Positions 16,995-23,884 of a stretch of DNA of 38,447 bases are shown here, piece by piece. This DNA is from a virus (lineage: Duplodnaviria; Caudoviricetes), in the IMG/VR virus record IMGVR_UViG_3300046707_000048, positions 1 through 38,447 of that record; one strand, written 5' to 3'. Each line of letters begins with the position of its first letter. The stretch's first letter is position 1. The translations under genes and the position numbers were made by a program. The notes under the pieces were generated by a model. That model was not told the origin of the DNA and made no database searches. It saw only the letters and a program-made list of their open reading frames with translations.

Positions 16995-17757
16995 ACCTAC
17001 CTGCTTAGGTTATCACATCCTGAGCGCTCTTGCGGGGCTCGCGGGCGCGCTCGGCCTGGCCGCGCCGCTCGCCGCGCAGACGTATTCCCTTGCGCCGCCG
17101 CCGTATCAGACGGTGCTCAACAACAGCGGCGCGCCGGTCAACAACGCCTGCGTCTGGACGTATGCGGCCGGCACGACGACGCCGATCGCCACCTACAGCA
17201 ACAACGCCGGCACGCCGAACACCAACCCGATCCGCACCGACAGCGCGGGCCGGTTCACGGCCTATTTGATTCCCGGCACCGGCTATAAGTTCGTCACCGA
17301 GCTCCCCTGCACGCCGCCCGCGCACGGCGTCGTCCTTCGCACGAGCGACAACATCGCAGGCACGCCGTCGGCGTCGGTGGTGACGACGGGGACGTGGCTG
17401 CCAGGGCTCGGCGGCACGGCCACCTACACGTCGCGGGAGGGCACCTGGGTCCGGGTGGGCAGTCTGGTCTATGCCCGCGGGTCGATGACGGTGAACGCGG
17501 TGGGCACCGGCAGCTCGTATTTGATTTTAGGGTTGCCGTTCACGACGGCCGTGGCGTCCCAAGGCTTCTTCGGCTCGATCACGGGCGCCGCCTTCGGCGT
17601 GACCTGGGTGACTCTCGACGCGCAAGCCGGCGCCACTTTCGCCGCGATTCAGACGATCACCCCGCCGGCGGGCGGCACGGGCACGTCGCTGGCCGGCATT
17701 TTCACGAATGGCACCGCCGCGAACTTTACCCTGGTCTATACGACGAATGATCCCTAA
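16930..17757 (+). CDS. Short tail fibre/spike-like protein with signal-peptide-like N-terminus
   Basis: ATGA overlap with upstream stop; TYAAGTTTPIATY..NTNPIRTDSAGR virion-attachment motif; C-term GTWLP..YT..GTWVRVGSLV fibre-like domain; start uncertain (16930 or 16960). Confidence 0.7.
   Translation: MSPTNTTRYAMVRRFSRRASDIPTCLGYHILSALAGLAGALGLAAPLAAQTYSLAPPPYQTVLNNSGAPVNNACVWTYAAGTTTPIATYSNNAGTPNTNPIRTDSAGRFTAYLIPGTGYKFVTELPCTPPAHGVVLRTSDNIAGTPSASVVTTGTWLPGLGGTATYTSREGTWVRVGSLVYARGSMTVNAVGTGSSYLILGLPFTTAVASQGFFGSITGAAFGVTWVTLDAQAGATFAAIQTITPPAGGTGTSLAGIFTNGTAANFTLVYTTNDP
17003..17031 (-). promoter_or_regulatory. Putative promoter/operator for the antisense membrane-protein gene
   Basis: ATCCTGAGCGCTCT (17017-17030) is identical to 23814-23827; GCTTAGGTT (17003-17011) is identical to 233-241; extended -10 TGaTAACCT. 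Confidence 0.55.
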
Positions 17758-17774
17758 CGAAAGGACGTGGCCGA

Positions 17775-18059
17775 GTGAACGCACGCACGACGAATAGCAC
17801 GACGGATCGGGCGGTGCTGGCGATCGGCCCGCATCAAATTCATGTGCTCGACGGGGACCGCGTCACGGTGGCGTATCCCGCCGGCGCGACGACGGTGCTG
17901 TCGGTGCAGCCGGACGGGACGATGGAGACGCGGCCGGCGGGCAGCGCCGGGCCGTATGAGACGGCGCTGCTCGCGGGCGATCGGCTCGTCTATGCGCCGA
18001 CCGGCCTGGGCGGCGCGGTGTATCTCCTGCCCTACGCCGCCGAGATCCCCAACACATGA
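17775..18059 (+). CDS. Hypothetical protein, first gene of putative lysis module
   Basis: AAGGA RBS; VLSVQPDG..ETRP...GPYE; coupled to next gene. Confidence 0.7.
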   Translation: MNARTTNSTTDRAVLAIGPHQIHVLDGDRVTVAYPAGATTVLSVQPDGTMETRPAGSAGPYETALLAGDRLVYAPTGLGGAVYLLPYAAEIPNT

Positions 18060-19186
18060 CCGCCTACGCGCAGGCGTGGCCGCTGCTGTCGCGACGCGCG
18101 GCGCCGCCGCCGATCTTCGTCGTGCGCCCGCCGCTGCCGCCGTTCGACACCGACACCGTCGATCCCGACACGGGCGCGCCGCTGCCGGTCTACACCGAGC
18201 TCCGCGAGGCGCCGCCGGCGACGGCCGATGTGCGCTGGTGGCGCGGCGATGCCTGGGGGCTGACGGTGCCGGGGCTGCCGCGCGTCCCCGGCGGCGCCGA
18301 CGGCCCGGCGCAGGATCGCGTGCTGACGTACTTTCTCGATCGCTACGGCGTCGCGTGGGAAAAAGAAATCCTCGCGCGTTATGTCAGCTACGGGTATACG
18401 CACATTTCACTGAGCCCGCAGGATTCATTTGCCGCCGGCCAGAGTGAAGACGATTACGTGCGGATGGCGGTGCGCTGCCGCGAGGCGGGGCTCTTCGTCC
18501 ACCACTTGATGCGGAGCAAGTACTACACGCCGGCGATGGGGAAGTCGGCGCCGCGCGACCCGACGCTGAATCTCTTGAAAGAACGCTTCCGCCGGCCGCC
18601 GCTCCCCAAGCAGCGGAGCGCGCCGCCCGAGCTCCACGCGCCGGACGCCTTGATCGAGCGGCTCTTGTCAGAAGGCGCGCTGCAAGTCGAGACGCCGGCG
18701 TGGGAATGCAATTATTGGTCACCGACGATCGTGCGGCAGATGATCGACCACGACAGTGATTTGATCGGGATGCGGTGCGCGATCATGCTGCACTTCTACC
18801 CGCACTACATTTCGTGGCAAGAGAACCACGAGACGCCGACGGACTTCTGGCAGGCGAACTACGGGCGCGTCGATGGCATCTGCTATCAGTGTGATCCGTA
18901 CTGGACCGCCGGCATGATGGCGGCGCGCGTCACCGATGGCCTCGACCGCCTGGCACCGGGCGGGGTCTGGGGACTCAGCGACAGCGGCCGCGGCCACCCG
19001 ATCGACTATGTCGTCTGGGAGACGATCGCGACCGCGCAATTTAACAACGACGACGACGGCGACGACCGCACCGCCGACGAAGACATCGGCAACCTCAAAG
19101 GCTTTGAGACGGGGAACGCGCCTGGCTTGCTCGTCGCGCGCGGGTACGGCAACGGCGGGCGGCGGCCGGACGGCACCGCGCTCTGA
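18056..19186 (+). CDS. Glycoside-hydrolase-like (TIM-barrel-type) protein, candidate endolysin
   Basis: Alternating beta/alpha pattern GYTHISLSP, LFVHHLM, PAWECN, IMLHFY, DGICYQ, YVVWET; immediately upstream of holin-like gene. Confidence 0.5.
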   Translation: MTAYAQAWPLLSRRAAPPPIFVVRPPLPPFDTDTVDPDTGAPLPVYTELREAPPATADVRWWRGDAWGLTVPGLPRVPGGADGPAQDRVLTYFLDRYGVAWEKEILARYVSYGYTHISLSPQDSFAAGQSEDDYVRMAVRCREAGLFVHHLMRSKYYTPAMGKSAPRDPTLNLLKERFRRPPLPKQRSAPPELHAPDALIERLLSEGALQVETPAWECNYWSPTIVRQMIDHDSDLIGMRCAIMLHFYPHYISWQENHETPTDFWQANYGRVDGICYQCDPYWTAGMMAARVTDGLDRLAPGGVWGLSDSGRGHPIDYVVWETIATAQFNNDDDGDDRTADEDIGNLKGFETGNAPGLLVARGYGNGGRRPDGTAL

Positions 19187-19195
19187 GGAGGATGC

Positions 19196-19375
19196 ATGGA
19201 TCTCCTGCTGCTCGTCGTCGTCCTCGCCCTGATCGGCTTTCTCGTCTATGTGCTGACGACCAAGATCCCAATGCCGCCGCTCTGGGCGGTCACCATCCAG
19301 GTGCTGGCGCTGGTCGTGATCATCCTGTTCCTGCTGACGCGCGTCGTCCATCTGCCGAACGTCCTGCCCCACTAA
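19196..19375 (+). CDS. Two-TM small membrane protein, holin-like
   Basis: Hand translation MDLLLLVVVLALIGFLVYVLTTKIPMPPLWAVTIQVLALVVIILFLLTRVVHLPNVLPH; GAGGAGG RBS; below the ORF-track length cutoff. Confidence 0.75.
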   Translation: MDLLLLVVVLALIGFLVYVLTTKIPMPPLWAVTIQVLALVVIILFLLTRVVHLPNVLPH

Positions 19376-19539
19376 TGCGCGCGAACTGGGCCGCGGCCAC
19401 GGAGCCGCCGCTGCCGGCCTGCCCGCATTGCGGCGGGCGCGACGTGGAGTGTGTCGGCGGGCGGCTGTGGCTCTGCGAGGGCTGCGCGAAGGTGTTCGTG
19501 GGGCCGACGCCCGTGAAGGCGCCGCCGACCAGCGGTTAG
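19375..19539 (+). CDS. Small zinc-ribbon protein
   Basis: CPHC...CEGC; TAATG coupling. Confidence 0.6.
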   Translation: MRANWAAATEPPLPACPHCGGRDVECVGGRLWLCEGCAKVFVGPTPVKAPPTSG

Positions 19540-19775
19540 CGCGGGACGAGGTCGGGATGCCGCCGCAGGAACGCCTGCGCGGCGGCGTCATAGGGCGGGC
19601 TGAGCGCACGCCACCGGGCACCCCGCCGGCGCTCCAACGTGTGGCCGACGAGGCGGTAGACGGGCGGCCGGCCGCCCTGGCGGGCATTCTGGGCGCGGGC
19701 GCGCTGTTGGGCGGCGGTGTTCGCGCGACCCCCTTGGCGGCCGAGCGCGACGGCGTGCGGATTCTTGGGCGCCAT
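19536..19775 (-). CDS. Small basic putative DNA-binding protein with KNPHAVALGR..GG...NARQGGRP module
   Basis: ATG 19775 coupled to upstream stop (TGATG); motif shared with the HicB C-terminus. Confidence 0.7.
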   Translation of the reverse strand: MAPKNPHAVALGRQGGRANTAAQQRARAQNARQGGRPPVYRLVGHTLERRRGARWRALSPPYDAAAQAFLRRHPDLVPR

Positions 19776-19954
19776 CAGTTCGCCCACGCCCACTTCACGA
19801 AGCGGACGAGCCCGTACAGGCCGCCGAGGGGGAGGGCGACCATCGCGGCGAGGCCGAGGACGACCCACAGGAGCAGCCCGAGCCCCTTTATGGTATCCAG
19901 CCAGTCAGGCTCGCGATGCGGCGCAGGGCGTGCTGTCTCTGCGGTCGTGGTCAT
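19775..19954 (-). CDS. Small membrane protein
   Basis: Hand translation MTTTAETARPAPHREPDWLDTIKGLGLLLWVVLGLAAMVALPLGGLYGLVRFVKWAWAN; coupled on both sides. Confidence 0.7.
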   Translation of the reverse strand: MTTTAETARPAPHREPDWLDTIKGLGLLLWVVLGLAAMVALPLGGLYGLVRFVKWAWAN

Positions 19955-20154
19955 GGTGTCGGCACCGGGGCATCCAGTGACACGAACGCGTGGTCGAAGG
20001 CGCGCTTCACCAGTTCGCGCATCCGCGTCCGGAACTCGGGGTCTTTCAGGATTTCCGCCGCCATCTGCTCGGCGATTTTCTCGGTGGTCCGGCTCAGCGT
20101 CGCGACGACGGAGGCGCTGACCTGTTGGGTGATGAGCGATTCGAGCATGTTCAT
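19951..20154 (-). CDS. Small helical hypothetical protein
   Basis: MNMLESLITQQV...; ATG 20154 is 7 nt downstream of an extended -10. Confidence 0.7.
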   Translation of the reverse strand: MNMLESLITQQVSASVVATLSRTTEKIAEQMAAEILKDPEFRTRMRELVKRAFDHAFVSLDAPVPTP

Positions 20155-20161
20155 GAAGACC

Positions 20162-20183
20162 ATGTTACCAGAGCGGTGCGGTT
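20162..20183 (-). promoter_or_regulatory. Extended -10 (TGgTAACAT) with operator-like AACCGCACCGCTCTGG
   Basis: Same layout as the 219-242 site. Confidence 0.6.
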
Positions 20184-20216
20184 ATGGCGAATGGCGGCGC
20201 CGGGCGGGGCACGGAC

Positions 20217-20244
20217 TTGCGTCCGGCGGGTCTTCTGGTAAGCT
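20217..20244 (+). promoter_or_regulatory. Putative promoter TTGCGT-N16-TAAGCT (extended TG) facing the tRNA fragment
   Basis: Direct reading; no ORF follows, only the tRNA 5' half. Confidence 0.5.
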
Positions 20245-20307
20245 CGGCCCGTGACGATTCCGGGTTTTGCGTGGTCCCTCTGCGTGGTCCCCAATTCGTC
20301 ATACCTG

Positions 20308-20320
20308 CAAGTCGTTGATT
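20308..20320 (-). promoter_or_regulatory. IHF-type binding site
   Basis: AATCAACGACTTG matches WATCAANNNNTTR; lies between arm sites and core. Confidence 0.7.
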
Positions 20321-20329
20321 CTAAAGGAT

Positions 20330-20372
20330 GCGCCCGTAGCTCAGCTGGATAGAGCGGCAGGCTTCGAACCTG
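20330..20372 (+). tRNA. 5' half of tRNA-Arg(UCG) (att core; not a complete tRNA)
   Basis: GCGCCCG TA GCTC AGCTGGATA GAGC G GCAGG CT-TCG-AA CCTG; no T-arm or 3' acceptor strand follows. Confidence 0.88.
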
Positions 20373-20527
20373 TCGCGCGCACTTTACTTAGCTCATCAAC
20401 TTTTCAAAAAACATTCGATTTATTGGGGTTTATGTAATTCTTGGTGGACACGCACACCATCAGAGTTAGGCATTGTCATCCACGTTTACCCCCGTTTGCG
20501 TGGTCCCCTGCGTGGTCCCTGCTGAGC

Positions 20528-20794
20528 TTAGGCATCGGGCTCCTCGTCGTCTTGCACAATAACCGTCGCCTGCGGCTGTTGCTCACGCAACATCTCTTCG
20601 AATATGCGCGTGGCGTGTTCCCTCGCCTCGGGCGTGTCTGGGACGCCGTGCGCCTTGAGGATTTCTGGGATCGAGAAGTGCAGACCGCCCTCGCGGTCAA
20701 TCCACACGCCCGGCATCAGGTACTCGCCGCCCTGCTGCTGCCGGCGGACCTGCGAGGGGGTCAGCGAACGATGCTCACGCTTCCGCTTCGTCAT
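20528..20794 (-). CDS. Hypothetical protein
   Basis: MTKRKREH...PGVWIDREGGLHFSIPEIL; plausible composition. Confidence 0.7.
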   Translation of the reverse strand: MTKRKREHRSLTPSQVRRQQQGGEYLMPGVWIDREGGLHFSIPEILKAHGVPDTPEAREHATRIFEEMLREQQPQATVIVQDDEEPDA

Positions 20795-21041
20795 TGGGTC
20801 TACCGCCGGTCTGTTTTGCCACGAATGACAAGAGCTTGGCCGGCTGCGCCCGTCTGGGCGTCGCAATCGCGGCGTTGACGTTCTGCGCGTACATGTCAGT
20901 CAAACGGATGATCGCCTGCGCCGTCGGCGGATCCTCGATCACGAGCTCTTGCAGCGTCGCGAGGTGGCGCATCAGCGTGTCCCACCACTCGTTGAGGATC
21001 TGCAGTTGCTGTTGCTCGGTGTGCCGTGTTGGATGGTTCAT
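20775..21041 (-). CDS. Hypothetical helical protein
   Basis: GGAAGG RBS; co-oriented with integrase. Confidence 0.65.
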   Translation of the reverse strand: MNHPTRHTEQQQLQILNEWWDTLMRHLATLQELVIEDPPTAQAIIRLTDMYAQNVNAAIATPRRAQPAKLLSFVAKQTGGRPNDEAEA

Positions 21042-21110
21042 TGGGGACCAACCTTCCCGCTCGGTGGCGACGTGTGGCGCGGTCGAGACTGGGGACGCGC
21101 GCGTGGTGAG

Positions 21111-22187
21111 TTATCCGCTCCGCTTGTGCTGGGCCGGCTGTTCGTCCGTGGCCGCCGCCGGCGCGCTCGAGAGCCGCATTACCGCGGCGACCAGCTTCGG
21201 CTCCACGACGGGCGCGTAAATCTTCGTGGTCCGCGCATCGGTGTGGCCGCCAAGTTCTTGCACGTCGGCGAGGTCCGCCCCGGCGGCGCGCACGGCCCGC
21301 AGGAACGAATGCCGAATCTGGTAGACGGTGAAGCGCGCCGCGTTGAGCTCGGCGCACGCATTGGTCAGCAGCCGGTTCGCCGAGGTCGTCCAGTCCTTCG
21401 TTGAGCCATCCGGCTGCACCGTGCACCAGGCATTGGCGGCGAGAAACTCCTGCGCCGCCGCGACGCCTTCCGGCGAGAGCGGGGTGGCGAGGGGATTCCC
21501 GCGCTTGCCCTTCGGGACGAGCACGGATGGTTGCCGCGCGGTCAGCGCGAAGCTGTGTTCCGTCAACCGCGCCATCTGCGAGGGCCGCATCCCCGTCCAG
21601 TGCAGCAGGCGCAGCCGTGCGCGAATCTTGCCGGGGTTCAGGGTGTCGAGCACGCGCACGATGCGCGCCCGGTCGATCCAGCGGGCGTGTTGATCGGGGC
21701 GCCCGAAGCGTACGGCCCCGAGGAGCGCGTGCGCTTTTCCGTCGAGCACGACGAACAGATTCGAGATGGCGTCGAGCCGGTGATTCACCGTCGAGGCGGC
21801 GAGCGTCTGGCGCCAGTCATACAGTTGCCCGTTCACTTCGGCCAGTTTGATGCTGTCGCGGCGCCGGCCGCGGAAGAGAATGTCCCACTCTTTCAGGTCG
21901 CGGACGCGCTCCCGATAACTGCGCGGATTCTGAAACGTGTTTTTGACCCGCGCCAGATAGGTGCGACAGTCGTCCTCCCAGCGCCCGCGCTTCACCGAGG
22001 GACTGAGCAGCCGCAGCTCGCCGCGCGTGACGTCCTGCCAGGCTTTGATGGTGCGGAGCGGCGTCCCGGCCGGGTAATACGCCTCACGCGGCGTGAGCTG
22101 CCCGACGGTGACACGCGCCGTGATGGTCTGGCCGTCCAGATAGATGCCTGTCCCGAGACGGATGCGGGTGCGTGTCGCGCGGCTCAT
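21111..22187 (-). CDS. int: Tyrosine recombinase/integrase
   Basis: TGMRPSQ (R), KGKRG (K), YQIRHSF (variant HxxR), LGGH...TTKIY (H, Y); ATG 22187 coupled to upstream stop. Confidence 0.93.
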   Translation of the reverse strand: MSRATRTRIRLGTGIYLDGQTITARVTVGQLTPREAYYPAGTPLRTIKAWQDVTRGELRLLSPSVKRGRWEDDCRTYLARVKNTFQNPRSYRERVRDLKEWDILFRGRRRDSIKLAEVNGQLYDWRQTLAASTVNHRLDAISNLFVVLDGKAHALLGAVRFGRPDQHARWIDRARIVRVLDTLNPGKIRARLRLLHWTGMRPSQMARLTEHSFALTARQPSVLVPKGKRGNPLATPLSPEGVAAAQEFLAANAWCTVQPDGSTKDWTTSANRLLTNACAELNAARFTVYQIRHSFLRAVRAAGADLADVQELGGHTDARTTKIYAPVVEPKLVAAVMRLSSAPAAATDEQPAQHKRSG

Positions 22188-22396
22188 GGGTGGCGACGCG
22201 CCCACAGGTCGCGCATGAGATTCATCACGATTTGCTGTTCCTCTTTCGTAAACAGGGCGTACATTTCCTCCCGCGTCAGCACGGTGGATGCTTTAGGCGC
22301 CGCAGCCCGCTGTGTCAGCCGCGTTGATCGGCTGAGGTTGACGACCTTGTCTGGCAAGGCCATCACGTCCGCGTCGGCGCCTTTCTTTGCCCGCAT
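22184..22396 (-). CDS. Hypothetical protein in repressor-integrase operon
   Basis: GAGGTGG RBS, coupled to int. Confidence 0.7.
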   Translation of the reverse strand: MRAKKGADADVMALPDKVVNLSRSTRLTQRAAAPKASTVLTREEMYALFTKEEQQIVMNLMRDLWARRHP

Positions 22397-22407
22397 GGCT
22401 CACCACC

Positions 22408-22790
22408 TCAGGTTCTTAGCTGTTTCGTCTTAACCGTCCTAGACCTTTTCGGCGCTGGTGAGGCCGACAGCGTCGGTGGTGTCGTCAGAAACTCGAGATA
22501 GCTATTGACGGACGACAGTTCTTTGTCGCTCAGTTTGGCTAATAACTCCGCGGCGCCGCGTTGATCCCCGTTGAGTTCAATCGTCGCCTCGCGCCGTGGG
22601 ACGATCAGGCCCGTCCGGTCACGCACCAGATCGGCGACGAGGTCGTCCACGCTCACGCGATAGAGATGACTCAAGCCCCATAACATCACCGGGTCGGGGG
22701 AGCCCACGGTTCCCCGCTCGTATTGCAACAGCGTGGACCGATCCAACGACAGCCCGCGGGCGCGTAACTGCGACGAGATCGTTGAGGGGA
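22408..22790 (-). CDS. Second XRE-like HTH plus C-terminal domain, no own start codon evident (out-of-frame continuation of the repressor)
   Basis: ISSQLRARGLSLDRSTLLQYERGTVGSPDPVMLWGLSHLYRVSVDDLV; +1 frame relative to 22619-23008. Confidence 0.65.
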
Positions 22791-23008
22791 ACTCGATAAA
22801 TCTGCGCGAGTCCCCAGAGAATCGTGGGACTCGGCGAGGCCACCGTCCCGCGCTCATATTGGAGCAGCGTGGAGCGATCGAGCGCGAGGCCGAACCGGGC
22901 GAGCTTTGCGCAGATGATGCCGCGCGAGGTGTGGGCACCGCGGAGCGTCGTGAGCAACGCCCCGAACTGAGGCGCGACGATGGATCGGTCGGCCTGCCGT
23001 CTGGACAT
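22619..23008 (-). CDS. XRE-family HTH repressor (N-terminal ~75 aa, then apparent nonsense tail)
   Basis: FGALLTTLRG...LDRSTLLQYERGTVASPSPTILWGLAQIYRVPLNDLV; divergent from early operon. Confidence 0.8.
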   Translation of the reverse strand: MSRRQADRSIVAPQFGALLTTLRGAHTSRGIICAKLARFGLALDRSTLLQYERGTVASPSPTILWGLAQIYRVPLNDLVAVTRPRAVVGSVHAVAIRAGNRGLPRPGDVMGLESSLSRERGRPRRRSGA

Positions 23009-23057
23009 CCCCGTCTAGGCATTACAAGTCACCTGTTCCCATGCCCGCAAGCGCAGG

Positions 23058-23087
23058 ATTGTGCGTGGCCGCATAACGTGGTGTCAA
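23058..23087 (-). promoter_or_regulatory. Leftward (repressor/integrase) promoter TTGACA-N18-CACAAT
   Basis: Direct reading; back-to-back with rightward promoter. Confidence 0.6.
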
Positions 23088-23102
23088 TGTTCACCACGCC
23101 TA

Positions 23103-23131
23103 TTGACAACCACATCACGTTGCTCTATGGT
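23103..23131 (+). promoter_or_regulatory. Rightward early promoter TTGACA-N17-TATGGT
   Basis: Direct reading. Confidence 0.75.
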
Positions 23132-23140
23132 TGATTTACT

Positions 23141-23398
23141 ATGACACCATTGAGCGCGCATATGATGGACACCGACACCATCGAGGCGGGCGGCCCCGAC
23201 CCTATCGACTACGGCGGGACGCTGCTGATCGCCGATATGGTCCGCGTGCTGAAAACGAGCGACAACACCATCCGGCGCCGGCTGCGGGCGGGGACGTTCC
23301 CGATTCCGCCGCTGGATGGGATCGACAACCGGCTGCGGTGGTCGGGTCCGGTCGTGAAGCGCTGGCTGGACCGGAACGGCCCACTGAGCGGGCGATGA
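23141..23398 (+). CDS. Xis/AlpA-like winged-HTH protein (excisionase or Cro analogue)
   Basis: LIADMVRVLKTSDNTIRRRLRAGTFPIPP...RWSGPVVKRWL. Confidence 0.78.
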   Translation: MTPLSAHMMDTDTIEAGGPDPIDYGGTLLIADMVRVLKTSDNTIRRRLRAGTFPIPPLDGIDNRLRWSGPVVKRWLDRNGPLSGR

Positions 23399-23529
23399 GC
23401 GCCTGGATGGCGGGGGGCCTGCTCGCGGTGCTGCTGGTCTACAGCGGCGTCGTGTGGCTGGTGGCGCGGTCGATTAACACCGGGCTCGAGGACGACGTCC
23501 GCGACAAGACGGGACGGGGACCACGATGA
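23395..23529 (+). CDS. Small single-TM protein
   Basis: WMAGGLLAVLLVYSGVVWLVA; coupled on both sides. Confidence 0.6.
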   Translation: MSAWMAGGLLAVLLVYSGVVWLVARSINTGLEDDVRDKTGRGPR

Positions 23530-23810
23530 GCGACTACGAGTACGACGCGATCGATACGCCCGAGGCGCGGATCCACACGCTGGCCAGCTCGCTCTACTAC
23601 GTGGCCTCGCTCGATGTGGGGTTCACGACCGAGCGGGTGTTCGAGACGCTGCCGCCGGACGATCAGGCGTACTTCGAGCGGCTGGTGCGCCTGGCGCTCG
23701 AGGGCGCGGCGTTCTGGCGGCTCTCCGCCGACAGCCTGCCGCCGGCGTCGGTCACGCCGCTGCGGCCGGTGCTCACGCTCGTGCCCAAAATTCTTTCAGA
23801 GGATGCTTGA
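23526..23810 (+). CDS. Hypothetical protein
   Basis: Coupled ATG; normal composition. Confidence 0.65.
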   Translation: MSDYEYDAIDTPEARIHTLASSLYYVASLDVGFTTERVFETLPPDDQAYFERLVRLALEGAAFWRLSADSLPPASVTPLRPVLTLVPKILSEDA

Positions 23811-23835
23811 CATATCCTGAGCGCTCTAGTAGTAT
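23807..23835 (+). promoter_or_regulatory. Strong promoter TTGACA-N17-TAGTAT with operator-like ATCCTGAGCGCTCTAG in the spacer
   Basis: Direct reading; drives recombination/replication genes. Confidence 0.8.
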
Positions 23836-23884
23836 CTCTGTATGGACGGTGCACGACGCACCACAGAGAGAGCGAGAGACAAAC

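Larger units (their letters stand above)
20268..20519. other. attP with four integrase arm-type repeats TGCGTGGTCCC
   Basis: Copies at 20268-20278, 20281-20291, 20497-20507 and 20509-20519: two tandem pairs flanking a tRNA fragment in an AT-rich non-coding stretch near the integrase. Confidence 0.88.

Noticed and set aside
20330-20410. Complete phage-encoded tRNA-Arg
   Set aside because: No T-arm (GTTCRA) or 3' acceptor strand after the anticodon stem; treated as att core
20268-20519. CRISPR mini-array
   Set aside because: 11-bp repeats in two tandem pairs without unique spacers; no cas genes; fits integrase arm sites
21280-21330. Inactive integrase because HxxR reads YQIR
   Set aside because: Tyr at this position occurs in active tyrosine recombinases; R, K, R, H and Y are all present and attP is intact
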